DNA of 64,000 nucleotides from Chitinophagaceae bacterium (GTDB lineage: Bacteria; Bacteroidota; Bacteroidia; Chitinophagales; Chitinophagaceae), in NCBI GenBank assembly GCA_016719015.1, contig JADKAZ010000006.1:101835-165834 (forward strand), given 5' to 3'. The notes below the pieces were generated by a model, which was given only the letters and a program-made list of their open reading frames with translations, made no database searches and was not told the DNA's origin. Shown piece by piece: positions 10,301 through 18,312 of the stretch. Position 1 is the stretch's first letter; every line of letters begins with the position of its first letter. The translations under genes were made by a program, and so were the position numbers.

Positions 10301-11002
10301 TTACACCTGATGATCGGCCCTTATTTTTATCACTACAATAATAAGTATAGTGATAATGCAGGGTATGTGCTGGGCAAGTACCGGGAATTACAACTTGATT
10401 CCGCAGATATTTTTAGCAAAAAGAATTATGCCGGAGGTAAGCTGGCACTTTTAGTAGACAACCGCAATAAAGAATTTTTCCCTACCCGTGGATTATATTG
10501 GTATACGGAAGTTACAGGTGCTACAGGTATTTCCAAAGGCAGTGATGGGTATGTAAAGTATACAACCGACATGGCGATTTATGCCAGCTTCAGGGATCCG
10601 GCAAACCTGGTAGCCATATTGAAATTTGGTGGCGGACGTATTTTCAGTAAAAATTTTGAGTACTTCCAGGCATTAAGCATTGGAGCTAATAGTAACCTGA
10701 ATGGATTCCGGAAAAACAGATTTTCCGGCAATTCAACACTTTATACCGGTATTGAGTTAAAAATAAAATTGGCTGATGTTAACTCCTTTATTTTACCCGG
10801 ATCGTTCGGCATCACTGGTTTTTATGATCTTGGCCGTGTATGGGTGAAAGGGGAACAATCCGGTAAATGGCATGGAGCATTTGGCGGAGGTCTTTATTAC
10901 ATGCCTTTTAACATATTTGCCATTAATGCTACGGCCGGATTTTCTGATGGTGAAAAAATGTTGAACTTCACCCTTGGTACAAAGATTAATCTCACTTATT
11001 GA
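7346..11002 (+). CDS. Metallophosphoesterase + kinase-like + Omp85 barrel fusion protein
   Basis: GDAG, GDNLY, GNHD, SHHP and GHDH motifs; DFDRHFDQW; LNGFRKNRF; C-terminal aromatic residue; paralog of 4413-7001. Confidence 0.85.
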   Translation: MKKYIVLISGLFLLNLTLKAQEDTIIQRIVLIGDAGQLTNGIHPVVDAVRNNIKLDKKTTVVYLGDNLYKVGLPDDQSAAYKASRAVLDSQLSVADGTGAKVYMIPGNHDWDNGRRGGYDAIIRQQLYVDFINKRNVKFLPEDGCPGPVEVSLSNDVTLIIFDSQWWIHPFDKPEIESDCACKTKDELVSKIGDIAARNSKKLVLLASHHPFKSNGMHGGFYTFKQHIFPLTDMKKNLYIPLPVIGSIYPIARSVFGTPQDLKHPNYANMVQEITKVVKPSPYVVFVSGHDHNLQHIKEDGLNYIVSGGGCKQNRTSQASNSLYNSSNTGFSVMEVSKNKNVTIDFYTVSDSGVATKTYTNTLFNFNKLPDEALDTNAQIVDDPFLKYKDTFTIAASKNFPLIKGMKKFFMGQNYRAEWSTPVNMKVFNISTEKGGMKAVGVGGGNQTKSLQLVDKKGKEWVLRSMNKNPSKAIPEAFRGSFAEDLVAELSSASHPYGALAFPVLAKSLDLTVAKPELFFVPDDPALGFWRPLFANNVCMLEEKHAPPDGSDTKTTAKVFNKMLDENDHLPDQPIVLKARLLDIITGDFDRHFDQWRWGTVDTGKGKIYYPIPRDRDQAFFYSDGAILKAVSDGTLPFLKGFRKDIPKVNWLGYTARDFDRIFLTDLDQGDWEKTIAEVQQKISDSVIRAAVKKMPSEIFPIRGETIIKKMISRRDLLPKEAMSYYKFISKKVNVMGSNQREYFKVSNYGEGLQVKVYARSKGNDTNFVMYNRIFNPSVTREIRLYGMNDDDLFEIEENAKSRIKIRIIGGKGNDTFDIRGQTEALLYDLKTDGNFIKNSSHAKNRFSLDPPVNDKNVLGFNYNTTKVPLINLHYNSDDGLLVGAGIARRTYGFRNLPYASDQKFGILYAPNRKAFQLNYRGEFNHITRTTDLILKGNFSNPALRNFTGLTNNPQVDKNRNFNYYQTRFRSLELEALVRKRFFEKLHLMIGPYFYHYNNKYSDNAGYVLGKYRELQLDSADIFSKKNYAGGKLALLVDNRNKEFFPTRGLYWYTEVTGATGISKGSDGYVKYTTDMAIYASFRDPANLVAILKFGGGRIFSKNFEYFQALSIGANSNLNGFRKNRFSGNSTLYTGIELKIKLADVNSFILPGSFGITGFYDLGRVWVKGEQSGKWHGAFGGGLYYMPFNIFAINATAGFSDGEKMLNFTLGTKINLTY

Positions 11003-11069
11003 TACGGCATGATAATTACAGTATAAACTGTAAAAAGGCTAATTCTTCCCTTACGAAAGCATTCAAAAA

Positions 11070-12173
11070 ATGAAGCCCTCACATATTGCATTACCCAGAC
11101 GTTCTGCCGTAAAAAAAAATGAATTAAAACGCATTTTGGCAATTGCTATAGCATGGACAGTTATCGATTTCCTCATTTTTATTATCCGGTTTGCCACAGA
11201 TAATTATGCCCCTAAATATGAATCAACCCATGCCGGATCGCTGAAAGCAGTTTTTCTCCGGGAACTAAATGTCTTCATATTTAGTTTTATAATCGGCTAC
11301 TTTCTTATTATTCTTTTAAGAAATTTACTGAATGATAAATCGCCCTGGTTAAATCTTCTTATCAAAACATTACTACTTGTCGTTGTGGCCATTGCCATGA
11401 ATTTTTTTATTTACTTTACCTATAGCCTGGTTTTTGAAGGTAAATCTGTCGGGGATGCCTTCTATAAGTTTGTAGAAAATACATTTCGCAGAAAATGGCT
11501 GTTGGAAAAAATGCCGGAATGGGTATTATTATTTATATTAACACAGCTTACCTTAGAAATTAATCAAAAATATTCACAAGGTGTTTTTTTAAATATCATT
11601 GTAGGCAAGTATCTCCAGCCAAGAAATGAAAAGAGAATCATTCTTTTTATTGACCTTAAAAATTCAACCCCCATTGCAGAAAAACTTGGGCATACAGAAT
11701 ATTTTAAATTTATCCGAGATGTTATTTATTGCCTCGCAGCGGGGATTGCCGAATATGACGGACGGGTATATCAGTATGTAGGGGATGAAATTGTGGCCTG
11801 GTGGCCCCACACAGAGCAGAATGCAAAAAAATGTGTCAATTCTCTTATCGCTGCAAGAAAGATTTTTAACCATAATGCCGAACATTTTAAACGGGGCTAT
11901 GATATTATTCCGGAATACAAAGTCGGCATCCATTCGGGTAATGTAACCGTAGGCCAGGTAGGAATTGCAAAAAAAGATTTAGTAATCAGCGGCGATACTA
12001 TAAATACGGCAGCCCGTATCAGAAGTGCCTGTACTGAGCTCAACCAAAAGTATCTTGTATCCAAAGAATTTATTACACTACTCAACATGAAAGATTGGCA
12101 AACTGAAAGTGTGGGTCTGGTAGACTTAAAAGGGAAAAATGAGGACCTTGAATTATTTACATTAAAAATTTAA
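11070..12173 (+). CDS. Membrane-anchored class III adenylate/guanylate-type cyclase
   Basis: About 4 N-terminal TM helices; FIDLKNST, YVGDE, VGIHSG, GDTINTAAR and DLKGK motifs. Confidence 0.9.
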   Translation: MKPSHIALPRRSAVKKNELKRILAIAIAWTVIDFLIFIIRFATDNYAPKYESTHAGSLKAVFLRELNVFIFSFIIGYFLIILLRNLLNDKSPWLNLLIKTLLLVVVAIAMNFFIYFTYSLVFEGKSVGDAFYKFVENTFRRKWLLEKMPEWVLLFILTQLTLEINQKYSQGVFLNIIVGKYLQPRNEKRIILFIDLKNSTPIAEKLGHTEYFKFIRDVIYCLAAGIAEYDGRVYQYVGDEIVAWWPHTEQNAKKCVNSLIAARKIFNHNAEHFKRGYDIIPEYKVGIHSGNVTVGQVGIAKKDLVISGDTINTAARIRSACTELNQKYLVSKEFITLLNMKDWQTESVGLVDLKGKNEDLELFTLKI

Positions 12174-12198
12174 TCTATCTTACCATGTCAAACCCTAC

Positions 12199-12885
12199 AT
12201 GAAGCGTATTAATTTTTGGTTCAAAAGAAAGATAATTATACAGTGGCTTCTCGCTTCTGCTTTACTGCTTTCAGTACTTGTGGTGTGGCTGGTTTTTTTT
12301 TCTGAAAGAAACTATTTAGATCAAAAAATTTTTTCTCTGATTGAACCGCATAGGTCCGAAATCCGTACCCGTTTGATGCTTGCTGTTTCATTCCTTGGTA
12401 ATCATAAGTTTTTAATACCTGCCAATCTTTTGCTGATCACTATTTTTTTATTTTCAAAAAATAAATGGGAAGCTGTACAAGTGGCTGCTGTTTCATTAAG
12501 CAGTCTACTCTTTATGTCGCTTCTCAAAAATTCATTTCGTCGTTCCCGGCCTGATAATCCACTGGTAGATGGAATTACCAATTTTAGTTTCCCAAGCGGT
12601 CATGCATTTATGAGTGCTGCTTTTTACGGCTTGCTCATCTGGTGGGCCGCAACCTATATTAAAAATGGATGGCAACGGAGGCTGGTTATTCTTTTTCTGA
12701 TGATGCTGATAATTATTATAAGCTTCAGCCGCATATATCTCAGGGTTCATTACGCTTCAGACGTAGTTGTTGGGTTGTGTATCGGATTTGTCTGCCTAAG
12801 CTTATCACTCGCCATCTTGCAACGATTACAGAAAAAGAAGAAACTAAAAAAAAGGCGTTGGCTAATTTTTATAAACAAACTTTAG
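12199..12885 (+). CDS. PAP2-family membrane phosphatase
   Basis: KxxxxRxRP, FPSGH and SRIYLxVHYxxD motifs. Confidence 0.9.
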   Translation: MKRINFWFKRKIIIQWLLASALLLSVLVVWLVFFSERNYLDQKIFSLIEPHRSEIRTRLMLAVSFLGNHKFLIPANLLLITIFLFSKNKWEAVQVAAVSLSSLLFMSLLKNSFRRSRPDNPLVDGITNFSFPSGHAFMSAAFYGLLIWWAATYIKNGWQRRLVILFLMMLIIIISFSRIYLRVHYASDVVVGLCIGFVCLSLSLAILQRLQKKKKLKKRRWLIFINKL

Positions 12886-13037
12886 AATAGTCACAATTCC
12901 TTTACCACCTTCATTAGGCAAACCCGTTTTCAAAGACTTCCTTCCGGATGTCAGGCACTACTCAGCTTGTGTAGGTTTTGCTTGAGCTTATTAGTTCATT
13001 GATAATATAATAACCCGTAATCCGGCCTTAAAGAAAC

Positions 13038-13901
13038 CTAAGGTTTATATACAAAACGAAGGATGGTAGACCTGGCAGTAACTCCCTCATTAGAAATATA
13101 CATATCACCGTTAGATTTAAATGTCAATCCTTCTGGCTGTGGAAACATCTTTTTGCCGAGTTCAAATACTGATTCTACTTTTCCATTAAGATCAGCGATA
13201 ACCAGTAAATTGGCTGCTGATGAAATAATAAATAATTTTTTCAGTATTGGATGAATGCCCGCTGCTGATGGTTGAAGTTTAGATGTTTTATGTGGTGAAA
13301 GTTTCTCCACTTCCGCGGCATCAATGGTATAAACAGGGTTAACATCAAAGCCTGTTGAGTCTGGATAAAAAGCAAATGCACTGACAGATTTCTTATCATC
13401 CATAGCACAGTTCTTGCAAATAATAATCAATGCTTTGCGGGATGTATCGGCATACATTGTTTCAAAGTCATTGGTACCAGAAATACCGATTTTACCGGCT
13501 TCCACCCCCCTGATACCTCCGGCACTATCTCTTATTAATTTAGTGATCATACCATCGCTACGCAAAACATATGGCACTCCTTTGTATATCGCAATATCTT
13601 CGTAGTCTCCTTTAGCACCAAAAGAATACTCGCCACCCGGTTTGATGGCCTTTGTTTCTCTATCAAGTAAAAATAATTTACCCGACTCATCATAATGGGC
13701 CAGAAACTCATCCCTGTCTCTATCCCAGGCCAGCCCTGATATTTCTTTCAACTTCAGATCAAGTTTATGCGTTTGAACTTCTGAAAAATTATAGTGAGGA
13801 GGTGATTTAATGATCTTCGTTTTTTGCTTACAAGCCATCGTCATCAAAACACATAAAGTCAGCAGGATAATTAAGTTTACCCGAAAATTTAAAAATCTCA
13901 T
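13038..13901 (-). CDS. SdiA-regulated-domain (beta-propeller-like) lipoprotein
   Basis: Lipobox MAC; LKEISGL, DYEDI and QPEGLTF motifs; ATG at 13901 preferred over 13928. Confidence 0.7.
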   Translation of the reverse strand: MRFLNFRVNLIILLTLCVLMTMACKQKTKIIKSPPHYNFSEVQTHKLDLKLKEISGLAWDRDRDEFLAHYDESGKLFLLDRETKAIKPGGEYSFGAKGDYEDIAIYKGVPYVLRSDGMITKLIRDSAGGIRGVEAGKIGISGTNDFETMYADTSRKALIIICKNCAMDDKKSVSAFAFYPDSTGFDVNPVYTIDAAEVEKLSPHKTSKLQPSAAGIHPILKKLFIISSAANLLVIADLNGKVESVFELGKKMFPQPEGLTFKSNGDMYISNEGVTARSTILRFVYKP

Positions 13902-13944
13902 TCTTCTTATTTTGTTTAAATTTATCAAAAGTTATCTTTATAGC

Positions 13945-15242
13945 ATGTCCGACAATCAAATACTAGCGTTACAGGAAGCCCAGGCTCTCGTAAATGATCT
14001 ATTAACAAACAAACTTAGTAAAAATATTAAGTTTCATACACTTCAGCACACTCAGGAAGTGGTAGCTGCCTGCCAAAGTTTAGCAGATTATCACCAATTA
14101 CCCGAAGACGACCGTTTTGCTCTTATTCTGGCGGCCTGGTTTCATGATACCGGCTACACTGGCGGTGAGGCAAAGGATCATGAAGCATTAAGCATAAAAC
14201 TGGCTACTGATTTTTTAACTATTCATTCTGCCAGTACAGAAGTGAGAGACAAAGTAATTGGTTGCATCAATGCCACCCGTATTCCTCAAAGCCCTGACAA
14301 CCTTCTCGAAAAAATTATTTGTGATGCAGATTTATTTCACCTGGGCACCGATGATTTTAAAGAGAAAAGCCGCCTGTTGAGAGAAGAAATAAAAGAATTT
14401 GGAGAAATAGATATATCAAAAAAAGATTGGAGAAAAACTAATATCCGCTTCCTGGAAGGACATAAATACTTTACTGACTATGGTAAAGAAAAATTACAAC
14501 CAATAAAAGACCAGCACCTGGCTGAACTAAGACAAAAAGATAAAAATACCGATGAAATGAAACCTGCTAAAACCGAAAAGATTGAAAAAACAGATAAAGC
14601 GGATAAAAAAGATAAACCAAAGGAAAAGGAAAGTCCGCCATACTAACTCCCGAGGCCGAAGAAGCTAAACGGAAAAAAGATAAAGAAAAAGAAGCGGACA
14701 GAAGTATTGCAACGGTGTTCCGGATTATGGCTAACAACCATATGGCACTTAGCCAGATGGCAGACTCCAAAGCCAATATACTTATATCGGTGAATGCCAT
14801 TATTCTTTCTATTCTTATCGGCAATCTGATTGATAAACTGCACACTGACCCGAACCTGCAAATTCCGCTTGCATTGATTGCCGTGGTTTGTGTGGCATCA
14901 ATAGTATTTGGTATACTGGCTACCCGGCCCAATGTTTCCAGTGGCAAATTTTCGCATGAAGATATTGCCAGCAAACGTACCAATCTGTTATTCTTTGGTA
15001 ATTTTCACAACGCAAGCCTGGAAGATTATAGCTGGGGAATGACAGAAATGCTGGGCGATAAAAACTATATGAACTCCAGCATGATCAAAGACAATTATTT
15101 TCTCGGAGTGGTACTTGCCAAAAAATACAAATATCTCCGTATTGCGTATAATATTTTCATGTATGGGCTTATTTTATCCATACTGGCTTTTGTGGTTGCG
15201 TCTATGCTACCCGAAGCTACCGAGGTCTATACGGCTGGATAA
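13945..15242 (+). CDS. HD-domain + PycTM/DUF5706 fusion, split by one apparent 1-bp deletion near 14630
   Basis: HTLQHT, WFHDTG and DADLFHLG motifs; adding one A at 14630-14632 joins it in frame to FRIMANNHMALSQMADSKANILISVN, LLFFGNF and KKYKYLRIAY. Confidence 0.8.
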
Positions 15243-15310
15243 ATACAAACTAAACCGCCGGTAACGATAAGGAATAAAACTCTCGATGTATTTGTAAGTA
15301 AAAAATAATT

Positions 15311-15339
15311 AAAACAGGTCAGCTTTGCTGACCTGTTTT
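15311..15339. terminator. Intrinsic terminator
   Basis: Perfect 13-bp stem AAAACAGGTCAGC-TTT-GCTGACCTGTTTT. Confidence 0.85.
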
Positions 15340-15433
15340 AATTTTATGCTATCCCATTGCTGCCCCCTTAATTACGAAATCTTTTACAGCGGAATGATAA
15401 CAATTGAGCAGCCCAAATTCTAAAATCATTCAT

Positions 15434-15448
15434 TGGCATGGTTTTTCA
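15434..15448 (+). promoter_or_regulatory. Sigma54-like -24/-12 box
   Basis: TGGCATG-GTTT-TTCA, about 40 nt upstream of the ATG at 15488. Confidence 0.45.
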
Positions 15449-15487
15449 ACCCTATATTAACTGAATTAATCACTTAAGCTCTCCAAT

Positions 15488-16069
15488 ATGTCAATTAATA
15501 TCTTAGAAACGGTACAACAAAATTTAGGCTATCCTGCTTTACAGAAGATAGATCCCAATACCCAGCAAGTACTAGAGAATGATAAAACACCCAATCAACT
15601 CCACGTCAGCCAGGCCGCTATACCTGCCGTTTTAACTGGTTTCTACAGGTATGTTCAATCTGATGAGGGTGCGGAAAATTTTTTACGGGGTAATAATTCC
15701 TCAAGTTGGTTAAATAAAATTTTTGATAAAAATAAAATCGAAGTTGTTCAAACAATTGCAACTTATACCAACCAATCAAAGCTTGACCCCTTGGCAGAAA
15801 TGGAGGTAATTGCAAACGAAACAGTGAAAGTGGTAAAGAATATCCTGGGAGCGGATGCCTCGATAAAAGAAGTAAAAACTTATTTCAGCGGGCAAAAAAA
15901 CAACATTCTCCTTTATCTGCCTGCTGTATTAAATATAGGAGAACTATTAAATGATTCTACACTGGATGATAAAACGAATAAAATGGAAGGCCCCCTCTCC
16001 AGTCTGATGCAAAATATAGGCTCCGCCTTTTCTAAACCAGTAAGTGACGAAGAAACAAAAAACTTATAA
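15488..16069 (+). CDS. Hypothetical protein
   Basis: 193-aa ORF with normal spacing; no motif recognised. Confidence 0.7.
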   Translation: MSINILETVQQNLGYPALQKIDPNTQQVLENDKTPNQLHVSQAAIPAVLTGFYRYVQSDEGAENFLRGNNSSSWLNKIFDKNKIEVVQTIATYTNQSKLDPLAEMEVIANETVKVVKNILGADASIKEVKTYFSGQKNNILLYLPAVLNIGELLNDSTLDDKTNKMEGPLSSLMQNIGSAFSKPVSDEETKNL

Positions 16070-16199
16070 GAATGAACAGTGCCCTGTCTTTTTGTTTTAT
16101 TCATTCCGCCAGCTAAATGTTATCCTTTTTTTACAGAACGATTTTACGGATTGTACTAAAAAGCATTAAGCAAACAGAAAAGAAAAGACACGGTTAGGT

Positions 16200-17636
16200 T
16201 TATTCCTTAATACTATTAGATTCTTCGTAATGCCTGATTTTATTATACAGGGTTTTCCGGTCAATTTTTAAAGCTTCTGCAGCTTTGGTTTTATTAAACT
16301 TTACCTGCTTCAGCACATTCATAATCATTTCATATTCTGCCTGGGAGGCAGCCACCTTAAGATCAGCAGGTGGTTGCTTATGTGCATCAAATGCATTTTC
16401 CTGGTTTATTACAGGTGGAGGTGCAGAAATGGGTTTTAATGGATTCCCGATTATTTCCCACGGAAGGACATTTGTTGTAATTTTTCCGCTTGCTGCCAGG
16501 AGTCCTGCCCTCCTTATAACATTGCGGAGTTCCCGTAAGTTGCCCGGCCAGTCATAGTTTAAAAACAGCTGCATTACTTCTTCATCAAACCCTTCGAATT
16601 TTTTATTTAATTCAGCACAGGTTTTCTTTAGAAAAAAATCAGCAAACATTGCAATGTCTTCCTTTCTTTCCCGCAAGGGCGGTATGGATATTGAAAACTC
16701 ATTAAAGCGGTGGTATAAATCTTCCCTGAATTTTCCATTGCGATAAGCCTCCTGGAGATTTTCATTGGAAGCAACGATTACTCTTGTATCGGTATCGATG
16801 TCTTTATTACTGCCTACTCTTTTAAATTTACGTTCCTGGATTACTCTTAATAAAGTAGCCTGTACATCAAGTGGCAGGTTAGATACTTCATCTAAAAAGA
16901 GAGTACCCCCGTCTGCCACTTCAAATATTCCTTCTTTATCAGTTAATGCACCGGTAAACGACCCTTTGACATGACCAAACAATTCACTGGCAGCAAGTTC
17001 TCTCGATATAGTACCGCAGTCAACCGCAATAAAAGGCTTATTGCTTCGGTTACTGTTTTGATGAATCGCTTTGGCCATCACCTCTTTACCTGTTCCGCTT
17101 TCGCCGTACAGTATTACACTGTAATTGGTGGGTGCCACCAGCTCAATTTGATTGTATAATTCTATTGTGCGGGGTGAAATACCTAAAAGTACTTCCTCCG
17201 GATCAATAGTAAAGTATTTCCCCGCCGAGCTTTGCGGAATTGAAATATTAGTAGCATCTGCTTTAATTAATGGGGGAGAATCATCTAACCCTTTGTTGAT
17301 CAGATTAATTAATTCTTCTGGAATTAAAGGTTTAGTAATGTAATCAAAAGCACCATAACGCATTACTTCTACCGCCATCTTCACATCGGAATAACCGGTA
17401 ATAATAATGACTATCACATCAGGATTAATACTCTTGATCTTCTGCAACACTTTTCTTCCATCCATATCCCCCAGCCGGAAATCACATAGTACCAGATCAA
17501 ATTTGCTCTCGTTGAATTTCTCTAATCCTTTGTGTCCGGTGTGAGCTGTTTCCGTTTCAAAACCCTTACGTTGCAAGAATTGACTGAGCAACTGGCACAT
17601 ATCCAAATCATCATCTATAATCAGTATTCTCCTCAT
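16200..17636 (-). CDS. Sigma54-dependent response regulator (NtrC-type bEBP)
   Basis: REC domain, GESGTGKE, ELFGHVKGSFTGA, WPGNLREL, Fis-type HTH. Confidence 0.95.
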   Translation of the reverse strand: MRRILIIDDDLDMCQLLSQFLQRKGFETETAHTGHKGLEKFNESKFDLVLCDFRLGDMDGRKVLQKIKSINPDVIVIIITGYSDVKMAVEVMRYGAFDYITKPLIPEELINLINKGLDDSPPLIKADATNISIPQSSAGKYFTIDPEEVLLGISPRTIELYNQIELVAPTNYSVILYGESGTGKEVMAKAIHQNSNRSNKPFIAVDCGTISRELAASELFGHVKGSFTGALTDKEGIFEVADGGTLFLDEVSNLPLDVQATLLRVIQERKFKRVGSNKDIDTDTRVIVASNENLQEAYRNGKFREDLYHRFNEFSISIPPLRERKEDIAMFADFFLKKTCAELNKKFEGFDEEVMQLFLNYDWPGNLRELRNVIRRAGLLAASGKITTNVLPWEIIGNPLKPISAPPPVINQENAFDAHKQPPADLKVAASQAEYEMIMNVLKQVKFNKTKAAEALKIDRKTLYNKIRHYEESNSIKE

Positions 17637-17816
17637 ATGAGCTTATTTAGGCAAAATTATCGAAAAGGTTAACCAAACTGCTTTTTGATTACTATTAGCA
17701 GTTTTCTGATTGGGCAGTAGAAAAATTCAACCTGTTTGAGGAAGAAAATCAACCATCCTGATCATCTTTAAACAAATGAGATGCCGATATCTGGTCACAT
17801 CTCGCTTTAATTGCAT

Positions 17817-17831
17817 TGGCAAGTCTTTTGT
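17817..17831 (+). promoter_or_regulatory. Sigma54-like -24/-12 box
   Basis: TGGCAAG-TCTT-TTGT upstream of the single-domain response regulator. Confidence 0.45.
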
Positions 17832-17892
17832 GAATAATAAAACCATGTTAACTCCGGTATCCTTTAGTGATTATCCCCCAATCATAGCCTTC

Positions 17893-18246
17893 ATGAAAAA
17901 AATATTAATTGTGGATGATGAAGAAGATATCTGTTACTTTTTAAGTCGAAGCCTCTCCAAAAGAGGCTTTATAACAGATACCTCTTATTCTTTATCCCAG
18001 GCTGAAAAACAGCTGGAAGTATCAACCCCTGACATATTATTGCTGGATAATCATTTACCGGATGGAAAAGGGATTGACTTTGTCCCGAAGATTAATCAAA
18101 AATATCCGGCGTTAAAGGTAATCATGATAACGGCACATGATAGTCCGGAAGACAGATTAAAGGCTCACAATAATGGAATTCAATATTTTTTATCCAAACC
18201 CTTCAGCCTTGCAACAATCAACCAGATAATTGATTCAGTAGCCTAA
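17893..18246 (+). CDS. Single-domain response regulator
   Basis: ILIVDDE, LLDNHLPDG, ITAH, KPF. Confidence 0.9.
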   Translation: MKKILIVDDEEDICYFLSRSLSKRGFITDTSYSLSQAEKQLEVSTPDILLLDNHLPDGKGIDFVPKINQKYPALKVIMITAHDSPEDRLKAHNNGIQYFLSKPFSLATINQIIDSVA

Positions 18247-18312
18247 GACTAATATGCGTTCTTTTAGCCCCGTTTTGTGGAATTAATTACCCGAAAAGCG
18301 AATTCTTGATTA

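Noticed and set aside
14600-14646. Programmed -1 frameshift between HD and PycTM
   Set aside because: No in-frame X-XXY-YYZ heptamer or clear stimulator, and similar 1-bp run errors occur throughout the window.
14540-14700. Lys/Glu-rich low-complexity repeat
   Set aside because: It is the coding linker of HD-PycTM, not an independent repeat.
11070-15242. Calling cyclase + PycTM a canonical Pycsar defence system
   Set aside because: The genes are not adjacent, the cyclase is TM-anchored, the effector is HD-fused, and there is no defence-island or mobile context. Reported instead as a Pycsar-related module.
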